Shown piece after piece: positions 24,178 to 33,191 of a stretch of 45,609 bases of DNA. Source of the DNA: Gaiellaceae bacterium (lineage in GTDB: Bacteria > Actinomycetota > Thermoleophilia > Gaiellales > Gaiellaceae); contig DASXSE010000135.1 of assembly GCA_036506175.1 (NCBI GenBank), forward strand, positions 1-45,609, read 5' to 3'. Position numbers and translations under genes: made by a program. Each line of letters starts with the position of its first letter. Positions within the stretch are counted from its first letter, which is position 1. A model generated the notes under the pieces. It was not told the DNA's origin. It worked only from the letters and a program-made list of their open reading frames with translations, and made no database searches.

Positions 24178-25080
24178 TTGAATCGCGTGGCTTCGATCTG
24201 TGCCCTCCTGGTTGCCGCAATCCTCGGCGCCGGCTGTGGCGAGCGCGCTGAGCCGACCGGGCCGCTACCCCAGACGTACCCCGTATCGGTCCGCGGAGTC
24301 GGTGACCGGCCCGTAGTCCTGAAAACGCGTCCATCCAGGATCGTGGCCGTCGACCCCGGCTCGGCGGAGCTCCTGCTCGCGCTCGGCGTCGGCGACCGTC
24401 TCGTCGGAGTACCAGAGGGCGTCAGTGGAGCCGGGACGGCCGAGAAGATCGTGCGACCGACAGGACAGCTCGAGGTCGACCCAATCGTCGCCCTCAAACC
24501 CGACCTCATCGTCGCCACGCCGGCGACGGACGAGCTCGACCTCGCTCGGGCGGCACGGGAGAGCGGGGCCGAGGTCTACGTCCAGCCTGCCGCTTCGATA
24601 GAGAACGTCGAGGAGGGGACCATCGACCTCGGATTCCTCGTGGGCGAGGCGGCGCGGGCGCGGCAGCTCGTCGGCACAATCGAGCGCAAGGTCGCTGTCG
24701 TCGAGGATCAATTGGCGAACGTCGAGCCAGTCACGGTCTTCGTCGACACGGGGTTCTTCATCACCGTTCCGGAACGGTCGCTCCTCGGCGATCTCGTCGC
24801 GAAGGCGAAGGGGAAGAGCGTCGCCGGCCCAACTCCCGGTGCAGGCCCATTCCCCCTTGCAGATCTCTCGCGGCTCAATCCCGACGTCTACCTGGCCACG
24901 TCGGACAGCGGAATCAGGTTGGCGGTCCTGAAGGCGAACCCCGCGACGCGCAGCTTGAAGGCCGTGCGAAAGAAGCGAGTCAGGATCGTTCCCGAAGAGC
25001 TCGTGACGCGAGCCGGCCCACGAATCGCGGACGGCCTCGAAGCCGTCGCCCGGGCTCTTCATCCAGATGCCTTCCGCTAG
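24178..25080 (+). CDS. ABC-transporter substrate-binding lipoprotein (Peripla_BP_2, siderophore/cobalamin-type)
   Basis: TTG start. Lipoprotein signal MNRVASICALLVAAILGAGC (lipobox LGAGC). RIVAVDPGSAELLLALGVGDRLVGV is typical of BtuF/FhuD-like binders. No permease or ATPase gene is adjacent. Confidence 0.7.
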   Translation: MNRVASICALLVAAILGAGCGERAEPTGPLPQTYPVSVRGVGDRPVVLKTRPSRIVAVDPGSAELLLALGVGDRLVGVPEGVSGAGTAEKIVRPTGQLEVDPIVALKPDLIVATPATDELDLARAARESGAEVYVQPAASIENVEEGTIDLGFLVGEAARARQLVGTIERKVAVVEDQLANVEPVTVFVDTGFFITVPERSLLGDLVAKAKGKSVAGPTPGAGPFPLADLSRLNPDVYLATSDSGIRLAVLKANPATRSLKAVRKKRVRIVPEELVTRAGPRIADGLEAVARALHPDAFR

Positions 25081-25705
25081 CGACCTGGACGCCGTGACGG
25101 TGGATGCCATGGGCACGATCGTCGAGCTGGAATCGCCGGTCGAGCGGCTCCGCGCCGCTCTGGAGGCGCGAGGCGTCGAGCGAACAGATGAGCAAGTCGC
25201 GGGCGCCTTCAAGGGCGAGGTCGCTTTCTACCTGGCGCACAAGCTCGACGCGCGCGATATGGAAAGCCTCGCGCAACTCAGGCAGGAGTGCACGCGGGTC
25301 TTCCTCGAAGGCGCCGAAGCGCAACTGGATCCGAGGGAATTTTCACCGGCCTTCGTGGAGGCGATGGTCTTCCAGCCCCTCGGTGGAGCCGTTGAATGCC
25401 TGCAAGAGCTACGGGCCGCCGGGCTGGCACTTGCTTGCGTTTCCGATTGGGACATCGGCCTGCGTGAGCAGCTTGAGAAAGTCGGGCTTTCGAACCACTT
25501 CGACCTGGTCCTCACCTCCGCGGAAGCCGGAGCGCCGAAGCCGGACCCGGCGATCTTCTCGGAAGCAGTACGGCGCCTGCAAGTCGAGCCCGGCCGAGCC
25601 GTCCACGTCGGTGACGACGACGCGGACCGGACCGGCGCCGAGGCGGCGGGCTTCGCATTCGAACCGGTTCCGCTGGCAACGGTTCCCGAGCGCCTCGGCC
25701 TGTAG
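25067..25705 (+). CDS. HAD-superfamily hydrolase (subfamily IA-like)
   Basis: Motif I VDAMGTIV (DxxGT variant), motif II CVSDW, motif III/IV KPDP...HVGDDDADR. Overlaps the SBP gene by 14 nt. Confidence 0.7.
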   Translation: MPSASDLDAVTVDAMGTIVELESPVERLRAALEARGVERTDEQVAGAFKGEVAFYLAHKLDARDMESLAQLRQECTRVFLEGAEAQLDPREFSPAFVEAMVFQPLGGAVECLQELRAAGLALACVSDWDIGLREQLEKVGLSNHFDLVLTSAEAGAPKPDPAIFSEAVRRLQVEPGRAVHVGDDDADRTGAEAAGFAFEPVPLATVPERLGL

Positions 25706-25726
25706 TGAAGCGCGCCTCCCTAGGCT

Positions 25727-26428
25727 GTGAGCATGGAGCCGACATCGCCGGCGATCTCGACCGGGCTCTCGAGCGCGTCTAGCCGCTACGCACTCGCCGC
25801 GTGGCTCTGCGTTGCCGCGGCTTTCGTGGCGCTCGCCTTCGTGGGCACAGCGACGAGCGAGACTGACCCGAACGTCCTCTACGAGTACAGCTTCGGTGCG
25901 GGCTCGATCGTCATCTACGCGATCTTTGTCGGCGTCACATTGCTGATCGCGCGCTGGCTCGGGCGGCCCTCCGAGGCAACCGGGCTGATTCGATTCTCCT
26001 GGCGCTGGACGGGCATCGCCGTCGGTTTGATCATCCTCGTGCTCATCTTCGGAGCGGCGCTGGAACCCGTCCTCCACGCCGGGGAGAAGCAGGGTCTCGA
26101 GCCCGACGTCTGGCGTACGGACCGCGCGGGCGCTTTCGCGTTCAACGCCCTCGTCGCCGCCACCGTCGTCCCGTTCGCCGAGGAGCTCTTCTTCCGGGGT
26201 CTCGGTGTCCGCGCGTTGCTCCCGTTCGGGGGTGCTGCCGCGGTCGGCATCACGGCGCTCGCGTTCGGACTGGGACACGGGATCTTGGTCGCACTCCCGG
26301 TGCTTGTTCCCTTCGGCCTCGTCCTCGCGTGGGTGCGCCTCCGATCGGACAGCGTCTGGCCCGGGATGCTCGCGCACGGTCTCTACAACGGCTCCGCGCT
26401 CCTCTACGTGTATCTCCATCTGACGTAA
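25727..26428 (+). CDS. CPBP-family intramembrane glutamic endopeptidase (CAAX protease-like)
   Basis: Motifs FAEELFFRG, FGLGHG, HGLYNG within a polytopic protein. Start is GTG 25727 or ATG 25733. Confidence 0.8.
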   Translation: MSMEPTSPAISTGLSSASSRYALAAWLCVAAAFVALAFVGTATSETDPNVLYEYSFGAGSIVIYAIFVGVTLLIARWLGRPSEATGLIRFSWRWTGIAVGLIILVLIFGAALEPVLHAGEKQGLEPDVWRTDRAGAFAFNALVAATVVPFAEELFFRGLGVRALLPFGGAAAVGITALAFGLGHGILVALPVLVPFGLVLAWVRLRSDSVWPGMLAHGLYNGSALLYVYLHLT

Positions 26429-26471
26429 AAGTCGCCTGGCCGCCGACCGCCCGGTCTGGCAGATTTCGGCC

Positions 26472-27602
26472 GTGCGTCGGGGTCTTCTCGTGCTGGCTCT
26501 TCTCCTTTCGAGCCCCGGGACGGCATTTGCGGCGACAAGCCTCACGCTTTCCGTCAACCCCGCCAGCCCGCTGTACGGCTCGACCGCCACGTTCAGCGGC
26601 GCGATTACGCCGGCAGCGGCGGGGGCTACGGTCGAGCTCTGGGCGGACACCGGCGGGGGCGAGTCCCTGGTCACGAGCACGACGACGGCCGCCGACGGCG
26701 GCTACTCGATTCCATTGGTCATAAACGCAGGAGCCACGTTCAGGACGAAGACTGCGGGCGCGACTTCCCCCGACGTCGTGGTCAATCTGCGGCCGCAGAT
26801 CACGGCGGTCCTGAGCGGCCTGCGCTACGTGGGCAGCAGACTTCTCCTGAAGGGGCGCCTCACGCCGGCGACAGCCGGCACGCTCACTCTCCATCTCGGC
26901 GCGCAGTCCTCAGCGGTCGCGGTTGCGCCCGACGGTCGTTTCCGCTCGCCCCTCCCGACACGGCGCGCGACGACGTACACCGCGAAGCTCGACTTCGCTC
27001 CGGGACCAGGCTTCGCCGCCCGTGAGATCGTCCGGAGCTATCGCGTTCGCGCCCCCTACCTCAGTCTCGGAGCGTCGGGGACGGCAGTCATAGCGCTCGA
27101 GCGCCTTCTCTACGCCAGGCATTACGCCCTGCGCGGGGTCAACCGCTACTTCGGGTTCGACACGTACGAAGCGGTGCTCGCCTTCCAGAAGGTGCACCGG
27201 CTGTCGCGGACCGGCAGGGTCGCGTCCTGGCTCTGGCCGAAGATCGCCAACTCCGGGGTTCCACACGCGCGCATCGCCATGGGGAGCCACGTCGAGGTGG
27301 ACAAGACGCGCCAGGTCCTTTTCGAGGTTCGAAGCGGCAAGGTGACCCGTATCGTTCACGTCTCCACCGGCGCAACGGGAAACACGCCGGTCGGGCGGTG
27401 GCACTTCTACTTGAAAACACCCGGCCTGAACTCGCACGGCATGTACTACTCGAACTATTTCTTGCGCGGTTTTGCCGTGCACGGCTACGCCTCTGTGCCT
27501 CCGTACCCGGCAAGCCACGGCTGCGTGCGAACGCCGATGTGGTTCGCGCCAGGGTTCTATTCCCGCTGGCACGTCGGCGACACGATCTACGTCTTCGCAT
27601 GA
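26472..27602 (+). CDS. secreted L,D-transpeptidase (YkuD) with PG-binding and Ig-like N-terminal domains
   Basis: GTG start, signal peptide MRRGLLVLALLLSSPGTAFA, PG_binding_1-like segment (ALERLLYARHY...FQKVHRLSRTG), YkuD catalytic motif ASHGCVRTP. Confidence 0.85.
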   Translation: MRRGLLVLALLLSSPGTAFAATSLTLSVNPASPLYGSTATFSGAITPAAAGATVELWADTGGGESLVTSTTTAADGGYSIPLVINAGATFRTKTAGATSPDVVVNLRPQITAVLSGLRYVGSRLLLKGRLTPATAGTLTLHLGAQSSAVAVAPDGRFRSPLPTRRATTYTAKLDFAPGPGFAAREIVRSYRVRAPYLSLGASGTAVIALERLLYARHYALRGVNRYFGFDTYEAVLAFQKVHRLSRTGRVASWLWPKIANSGVPHARIAMGSHVEVDKTRQVLFEVRSGKVTRIVHVSTGATGNTPVGRWHFYLKTPGLNSHGMYYSNYFLRGFAVHGYASVPPYPASHGCVRTPMWFAPGFYSRWHVGDTIYVFA

Positions 27603-27871
27603 GCGAGGCCAACGAGGACCCGGTCGTCCGAGAGCTTCGACAGCAGATCGCTACGAACGATCTCGTGCTCCTCGAGGCACTGAACCGGCGGCTCGAGCTC
27701 GTTCGGGAGCTCAAGCGCCACAAGGACTCGCACGGCCTCGAGTTCGTCGACCCGGAGCAGGAGAGACGACTCCTCGACCGCCTCGCGGAGGCGAATCAGG
27801 GGCCGCTGTCCGAAGAAGCTGTCCGCGAGATCTACGGGATGCTGCTCGAGCTCACGAAGCGTGAAGTTTAG
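27599..27871 (+). CDS. AroQ-class chorismate mutase (monofunctional, 90 aa)
   Basis: MSEANEDPVVRELRQQIATNDLVLLEALNRRLELVRELKRHK... is a helical CM_2 pattern. The ATG overlaps the transpeptidase stop (ATGA). The upstream part of track ORF 27398..27871 is rejected. Confidence 0.75.
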   Translation: MSEANEDPVVRELRQQIATNDLVLLEALNRRLELVRELKRHKDSHGLEFVDPEQERRLLDRLAEANQGPLSEEAVREIYGMLLELTKREV

Positions 27872-27877
27872 GGTCGC

Positions 27878-28363
27878 CTAGGCCTCTGAGAAGTCGTCCG
27901 GCTTGACCTCATCGAGGAACTTCTTGAACTCCTCGACGACCTCTTCCTCGTTCACGTCCTCGTGCTCGAATTCGATCGCGCTTTCCTCGATGACGGACTC
28001 ATCGGCGAAGATCGGCGCGTCAGCGCGAACCGCGAGCGCGATGGCATCGCTTGGTCGCGAATCGATCTCGATCTCGGAGCCGTCCACCGCGACGGTGACG
28101 ACCGCGTAGAACGTGTTCTCGCGGAGCTCAGTGACCGCGATCCGCACCACGCGGGCCTCGAGCTTGTCGAGCATGTCGGTGACGAGATCGTGAGTCATGG
28201 GCCGGGGCGTGCTCGCGCCCTGCAGCTTCATGAGGATCGCGGCTGCCTCGGGATGCCCGATCCAGATGGGTAGGAACTTGTTCCCGTCGGCCGTCTTCAA
28301 AAGGACGATCGGCTGCTTGCCGACCATGTCGAAGCTAACCCCGTAGATGACCATCTCATGCAT
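27878..28363 (-). CDS. bifunctional nuclease family protein (BFN/DUF151)
   Basis: Start ATG 28363 (MHEMVIYGVSFDMVGKQPIVLLK...). Motifs LPIWIGHPEAAAI and RPSDAIALAVR, with an acidic C-terminal tail. Confidence 0.75.
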   Translation of the reverse strand: MHEMVIYGVSFDMVGKQPIVLLKTADGNKFLPIWIGHPEAAAILMKLQGASTPRPMTHDLVTDMLDKLEARVVRIAVTELRENTFYAVVTVAVDGSEIEIDSRPSDAIALAVRADAPIFADESVIEESAIEFEHEDVNEEEVVEEFKKFLDEVKPDDFSEA

Positions 28364-28406
28364 GGGCGCCTGCTTCGGATGATAGCGACGGGTTTCTCGC
28401 GGGTCT

Positions 28407-29090
28407 TCAGACCGCGGGAATCGTCCGTATCCGATATGGAAGTCCCGAAAACCTGGCCTCTGCGGCGCGTTCCCCGGCGACGACTGCGTCCACGGGATGC
28501 ACCTCGGCGGGCCGGCCCGTGGGCAGCCAGCCTCTTCCCGACGGAGTGAGAATGAGCACTCCATCACGACCCCCCATGAACGCAAGACGGCCCGGCGCGA
28601 GCTCGCCGTCCCAGAGATGGATGCCGATCTGCTCGAGCTCTCCGGCCAGCTCACCGGTATCGGGCCACACGAGGCCGAGCTCGCACATGCCGAGGAGCTC
28701 CGTGCCCGTGAACGGCCCTTCGCTCTCCGACTCCTCCGGGAGATCGTGGTGGGCGATCAGCTCGACGATGTTGCCGGCCGGGTCGAGCCCGTAGCACGCC
28801 TCTGCGTTCCAGTTGTCGAAGTCGAAGACCTCTTCGCCGGTTTCCTCATCCGGCAGGACGTCGGTGTGGCTTCGGAGCCATTCGCGGGCAGCCTGGAAGC
28901 GGTTGCGCGGCACGCGCAGCGCGAAGTGGTAGAAGGGTTCGGTCTCGACGACCGGCACGAGCTCCAGCACGGTCGCGCCGATCCGGAATCCATCGTCGAC
29001 GACAGGGAGCTCGAACCTGTTCCGATAGAAACGGTCCGTCGCCTCGCGCGCTCGCTCGCTCACCTGCAGCCGAACGCGAAGGATGTGCAT
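28407..29090 (-). CDS. VOC (glyoxalase/bleomycin-resistance/dioxygenase) superfamily protein, two-module
   Basis: 227 aa with two beta-alpha-beta-beta-beta-like halves (HFALRV..., ELIAH...). The ATG lies 7 nt after the tRNA-Ile 3' end. Function is not assignable. Confidence 0.5.
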   Translation of the reverse strand: MHILRVRLQVSERAREATDRFYRNRFELPVVDDGFRIGATVLELVPVVETEPFYHFALRVPRNRFQAAREWLRSHTDVLPDEETGEEVFDFDNWNAEACYGLDPAGNIVELIAHHDLPEESESEGPFTGTELLGMCELGLVWPDTGELAGELEQIGIHLWDGELAPGRLAFMGGRDGVLILTPSGRGWLPTGRPAEVHPVDAVVAGERAAEARFSGLPYRIRTIPAV

Positions 29091-29097
29091 GCCGAGG

Positions 29098-29171
29098 TGG
29101 GCGATCGTGGATTCGAACCACGGACCTCCGCCTTATCAGAGCGGCGCTCTAACCAACTGAGCTAATCGCCC
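29098..29171 (-). tRNA. tRNA-Ile (anticodon GAU)
   Basis: 74-nt cloverleaf on the minus strand: GGGCGAT-TA-GCTC-AGTTGGTTA-GAGC-G-CCGCT-CTGATAA-GGCGG-AGGTC-CGTGG-TTCGAAT-CCACG-ATCGCCC-A. Anticodon GAT at 29137-29135. CCA is not encoded (followed by CCT). Confidence 0.95.
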
Positions 29172-29181
29172 GCGCCGAGGG

Positions 29182-29187
29182 ATTGTA
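29182..29187 (-). promoter_or_regulatory. candidate -10 hexamer (TACAAT) for tRNA-Ile
   Basis: TACAAT on the minus strand, 10 nt upstream of the mature tRNA 5' end, inside the 24-nt spacer after the preceding stop. No good -35. Confidence 0.4.
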
Positions 29188-29195
29188 GCGAGGGC

Positions 29196-29444
29196 CTAGT
29201 GGAGGTAGCGCGTCGCTAGGAGGTAGTCCTCGGCGGCGAGCAGGAAGCTCTCGTCGCGCGCGAGCTCGAGCACCGTTTCCTTGGTCTCCTGATCGAGCTC
29301 CGCATCCGAGTCGACAGCCGCGATGAAGCCACCCAGGCGGCCGCCGCGGGCCAGACCTGCCATTCGAAGGACGAGCTGGCGGACGGCAGTGTCCTGATTG
29401 ATCGCTTCGAGCGATTCGATGTCCTGCACCCACGGCGCGGGCAT
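29196..29444 (-). CDS. hypothetical small acidic protein (82 aa)
   Basis: ATG-initiated ORF with GC3-rich codon usage like its neighbours: MPAPWVQDIESLEAINQDTAVRQLVLRMAGL...ELDQETKETVLELARDESFLLAAEDYLLATRYLH. I recognise no family. Confidence 0.5.
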   Translation of the reverse strand: MPAPWVQDIESLEAINQDTAVRQLVLRMAGLARGGRLGGFIAAVDSDAELDQETKETVLELARDESFLLAAEDYLLATRYLH

Positions 29445-29477
29445 GTCTTAGGCATAACGAGGCTCGCGGCCGATCGG

Positions 29478-30323
29478 TTACGGGCTCGTACGCTCGAGCG
29501 CCTCGGCGATGTCCTCGAGCTCGGTTTCGTCGGAGAAAGCGATCTCGATGCGCGTGTCAGTCACCCGAACCGGCCGCCCGACAAGCGCCTCGACAGCGGC
29601 TCGTACGCGATTCGCCAGGCCCGGGTCGACCCGCCGCGCCTTGCGCGGCTTCATCCGGGCCCCGGACCACCGGGCTGCGCGCTCCGTGGCGCGAACCGTC
29701 AGTCCCTTTCGCAGCACCTGGCGGGCGAGAGCACGCCGTTCGTCGTGGCCGGGGACGGCGAGGATCGCGCGCGCGTGGCCTTCCGTCAGCTGCCCGCGCT
29801 CGACAAGGCCGATGACGTCCTCGGGCAGCTCGAGGAGACGAATCCTGTTCGAGACCGTCGACTTCGAACGGCCAACCCGCTCCGCGACGTCCCCGAGCGA
29901 GAGCCCGAACTCGTCTATGAGCACCGCGTAGGCCCGCGCCTCTTCGATGGGGGACAGATCCTCGCGGGCAACGTTCTCGACGAGAGCGAGCAGAAGTGAG
30001 TCGCGGTCGTCGCTCTCGCGTACGAGAGCGGGGATCGTCGCCAGGCCGGCGGTTCGCGCGGCGCGCCAGCGCCGCTCGCCCGCGATGAGCTCCCACGTGC
30101 CACTTGCCGTCGGCCGAACGACGATGGGTTGGACGAGACCCTGGACGCGCACGGACTCGGCAAGCTCAGTGATTCCTTCCGCGTCGAAGCGGCGCCGAGG
30201 CTGGCGGCTGTTCGGCCGGATGGAGCCGACCGGAAGCTGGACGAGCTCTGGCGAAGCAGCAGCGCCGCCGATGAGCACCTCGAGCCCGCGGCCGAGGCCC
30301 TTTCGATTAGCTGCGGTCGACAA
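29478..30323 (-). CDS. parB: chromosome partitioning protein ParB
   Basis: N-terminus KGLGRGLEVL, ParB box (QPRRRFD...GLVQPIVVRP), LVENVAREDLSPIEEA, HTH segment. TTG start overlapping parA by 17 nt. Confidence 0.9.
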   Translation of the reverse strand: MSTAANRKGLGRGLEVLIGGAAASPELVQLPVGSIRPNSRQPRRRFDAEGITELAESVRVQGLVQPIVVRPTASGTWELIAGERRWRAARTAGLATIPALVRESDDRDSLLLALVENVAREDLSPIEEARAYAVLIDEFGLSLGDVAERVGRSKSTVSNRIRLLELPEDVIGLVERGQLTEGHARAILAVPGHDERRALARQVLRKGLTVRATERAARWSGARMKPRKARRVDPGLANRVRAAVEALVGRPVRVTDTRIEIAFSDETELEDIAEALERTSP

Positions 30324-31059
30324 GCTCGCTCGCGACGCGGTAGTACGCGTCGGCGCCGGCCGAGGCCGGGTCGTAGACGGTGATGGGCAAGCCGTGGCTG
30401 GGCGCCTCCGCCAGGCGAACGCTCCGCGGAACGACAGCGTTGAAAACGAGCTCGCCGAAGTGGCGTCGTACCTCGCCGGCCACGTCAGCGGCCAGCCGCG
30501 TGCGCCCGTCGACCATGGTCAGGAGCATCCCCGCCAGCGCGAGGCGCGGATTGAGCCGCTGGCGCACGAGCTCGATCGAATGGAGGAGCTGGGCCAGTCC
30601 CTCGAGCGCGTAGTACTCGCATTGCACGGGGACGAGGACCCGGTCGGCCGCGGCCAGCGCATTCACGGTCAGGGGCCCGAGCGAAGGCGGACAGTCGACG
30701 AAGGCATAGTCGTAGCGCTCGCGGGCAGGCGCGAGAGCGGAGGCGAGGAACGACTCCCCGTCGCCGTGCGCCGCCAACTCGACCGCCGCTCCAGCGAGCT
30801 CCGGGCGAGAGGGAATCAAGTCGAGGTTCGGGAACCGGGTCGCGTGCGCGAGCTCCTCCAGTGGTGCGCCGTCCAGGAGGTCGTAGGAGGACGTCCCGTT
30901 CGCGCTTTCGCCCAGCCCCGAGGTCGCATTCGCTTGCGGATCGAGGTCGAGGACCAGCGTGCGCTCGCCGGCCTCGGCCAGACACGCCGCGAGGTTGACG
31001 GCGGTGGTCGTCTTGCCGACGCCGCCCTTCTGGTTGGCAAGCGCGAGGATCGTCCCCAC
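30307..31059 (-). CDS. parA: chromosome partitioning ATPase ParA/Soj
   Basis: Deviant Walker A NQKGGVGKTTT, LDLDPQANAT, Walker B YAFVDCPP. GTG start. Confidence 0.9.
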   Translation of the reverse strand: MGTILALANQKGGVGKTTTAVNLAACLAEAGERTLVLDLDPQANATSGLGESANGTSSYDLLDGAPLEELAHATRFPNLDLIPSRPELAGAAVELAAHGDGESFLASALAPARERYDYAFVDCPPSLGPLTVNALAAADRVLVPVQCEYYALEGLAQLLHSIELVRQRLNPRLALAGMLLTMVDGRTRLAADVAGEVRRHFGELVFNAVVPRSVRLAEAPSHGLPITVYDPASAGADAYYRVASELVDRS

Positions 31060-31073
31060 GCGGTCGAGTCTAT

Positions 31074-31670
31074 TTACGCGAGAGGACGTTTCCGGGCCAC
31101 GCCGGGACGCCGTGGGAAGCGCTCCGGCGTCGGGCCGATCTTGCGCACGAGGATGAAGCCTGCAGGGCTCTCCTCGAGTCTCCCGGCAACGACTTCCGCC
31201 GCCCGCGCCACAGCCAGTTCATCTGCGGAAGGGCCGACGAAGAGCACCACTCGACCCCCCTCGCGAACAAGCGGCAAGCACCATTCAGCCGCGACGACCG
31301 GAGCGGCCAAGGCGCGCGCCATCGCTGTTCCGTAAGCCTCCCGGCCACCCCCCCGCCCATGGTCTTCCGCACGGGCACAGACAACGTCCACGTTCGGAAA
31401 CTCGGCCTTCCAGCGCTCGAGGAAAGCACACTTCTTCCGGTTCGACTCGAGAAGGTCGAAGTCAACGTCAGGACGCGCAGCAGCCAGGGGGAGTCCCGGA
31501 GAGCCGCCACCGGCGCCCACATCGACGACAGGGCCGTCGCCCAAGAGCGATACGCCGGCCAGCGCGTCGTCGAGATGGAGCCGTCGCGCTGCTTCAGCGT
31601 CCCGAATCGATGTCAGTCCTGGAGTCTCGAGCAGTGCCGCGAGCCAGCGCTCGAGCCGCTCGTCAGCCAA
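31074..31670 (-). CDS. rsmG: 16S rRNA (guanine527-N7)-methyltransferase RsmG (GidB)
   Basis: SAM motif VVDVGAGGGSPGLPLA and LLESNRKKCAFL. TTG start overlapping the jag stop by 8 nt. Canonical position between jag and parA. Confidence 0.85.
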   Translation of the reverse strand: MADERLERWLAALLETPGLTSIRDAEAARRLHLDDALAGVSLLGDGPVVDVGAGGGSPGLPLAAARPDVDFDLLESNRKKCAFLERWKAEFPNVDVVCARAEDHGRGGGREAYGTAMARALAAPVVAAEWCLPLVREGGRVVLFVGPSADELAVARAAEVVAGRLEESPAGFILVRKIGPTPERFPRRPGVARKRPLA

Positions 31671-32355
31671 CCGGCTTGACGACGACGTAACGGTTGGGCT
31701 CGGTGCCTTCGCTCGCAGTCTCGACTTCTTTGCGTTCCTGGAGATAGAGGTGGATGATCTTGCGCTCGACCGAGCTCATCGGCTCGAGCGCGATCTCCTT
31801 GCCGGAAGCGCGGGCCTCTCCCGCCGCCCGGTCAGCCAACTGCTCGAGCGAGGAACGCCTGCGGTCGCGATAGCCGGCGGCGTCGACAACGACGCTCTTG
31901 CGATCCTCCTGGCCACGCCAGACGATCGCGTTCGCGAGGTACTGGATCGCGTCGATCGTCTGGCCGTGCTTTCCGATTACGAGACCGAGATCCGGGCCCG
32001 TCAGCGTGGCGACGAGAGCCTCGTCGTCTTCCCGGATCGAGATCGCGACGGGCGCGCCGAGAGCAGTCGTGATTCGCTCCACGAGCTCCCGTAGCCGAGC
32101 CGCAGGCGACCCCGCCTCCTCCTCGGCCACAGGGGCAACCGCGAGGTTGGTCACCGACGCGATCACGCGGGCAGGCGCATAGCCGACCCCGAGCAGTCCC
32201 CGCTCACCCTCGGAGATGACGGCGAACCGGACGCTGCCCTTGTCGATCCCCGGGAAGCGGCGCTCGAGCTCGCGCAGCGCCGACCACTTGGCCTCCCCGA
32301 CAGTCTCGCCCTCGGCCTCGACCTGCAGTGGAGTTTCGGCTTCCTGCTCCCTCAT
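31663..32355 (-). CDS. jag: Jag/KhpB RNA-binding protein (Jag_N-KH-R3H)
   Basis: Start ATG 32355 (ATGA overlap with the yidC stop). KH segment GLVIGKHGQTIDAIQYL and R3H segment EPMSSVERKIIHLYL. The long upstream extension of the track ORF overlaps yidC and is rejected. Confidence 0.85.
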   Translation of the reverse strand: MREQEAETPLQVEAEGETVGEAKWSALRELERRFPGIDKGSVRFAVISEGERGLLGVGYAPARVIASVTNLAVAPVAEEEAGSPAARLRELVERITTALGAPVAISIREDDEALVATLTGPDLGLVIGKHGQTIDAIQYLANAIVWRGQEDRKSVVVDAAGYRDRRRSSLEQLADRAAGEARASGKEIALEPMSSVERKIIHLYLQERKEVETASEGTEPNRYVVVKPVG

Positions 32356-33191
32356 CGTCTTTGCCGCGGGCCCTTCTTCTTCTTCCGCCTGCGGACGCGC
32401 TGCTGGCCGGGTTGAGTGGCTCGAGAGGGCTGCACGGCCTTCTCGGGCCCGCCTCCGTCTGTGGGCGCCGGCGCGGCCTTCGGCGGCGTCCGGGAGCTCC
32501 GTTTCGGGGGCGGAGGCGGTTTCGGGAACATGCGCCGCGTCACGAGGCCCTGGCCCACCGTCCACAGGTTCGTCGTCACCCAGTAGAGAAGGAGGCCCAC
32601 TGGGAACGTCGCGTTGATGATGAAGAGAACGAACACGAACGGCAGCGCGATGAAGATCCAACGCTGGCGCGGATCCGTCGTCGGCATCGAGATGATCGAG
32701 GCCAGCTGGCTGGCCATGTAGATGACCAGCAGGAGCCACCCGGACCAGTGGTCGGTGATGTTGGCCGTGATGTTCGGGACGACGTGGAGCCAGCTGACGT
32801 CGGAGCCCGGGTACTTCGCGTTCAGGACGTGCTTCTCGAAGTCCTTCAGCACGTAGTAGAGGGCGATGAAGACCGGGAACTGGACGAGCAGCGGGAGACA
32901 AGACGCGGCCGGGTTGATCTTGTTCTCCTTGTAGAACTTCATGACCTCTTCGTTCATCCGCTGCCGGTCGCCCTTGTACTTCTGCTGGATCGCTTTGAGC
33001 TCAGGCGCGTGCTGCTGGAGGTGCTGCATCGAGCGGATCTGCTTGATCGTCAGCGGCAGGATCACGAGCCGGACGAGCAGCGTGAGGGCGATGATCGCCC
33101 AGGCCCAGGGCAACCCGAGCGCGGTATGGAACCACTCGAGGATGGCCCGGAGCGGGCGTTCGACCGGCTCGAGAAGGGCGAGGAAGATCAC
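32352..33191 (-). CDS. yidC: membrane protein insertase YidC (short form)
   Basis: LTLLVRLVILPLTIKQ, PELKAIQQKYKGD, NPAASCLPLLVQFPVFIALY. Basic Pro/Lys/Arg-rich C-terminal tail. GTGA overlap with yidD. Confidence 0.9.
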   Translation of the reverse strand: MIFLALLEPVERPLRAILEWFHTALGLPWAWAIIALTLLVRLVILPLTIKQIRSMQHLQQHAPELKAIQQKYKGDRQRMNEEVMKFYKENKINPAASCLPLLVQFPVFIALYYVLKDFEKHVLNAKYPGSDVSWLHVVPNITANITDHWSGWLLLVIYMASQLASIISMPTTDPRQRWIFIALPFVFVLFIINATFPVGLLLYWVTTNLWTVGQGLVTRRMFPKPPPPPKRSSRTPPKAAPAPTDGGGPEKAVQPSRATQPGQQRVRRRKKKKGPRQRR

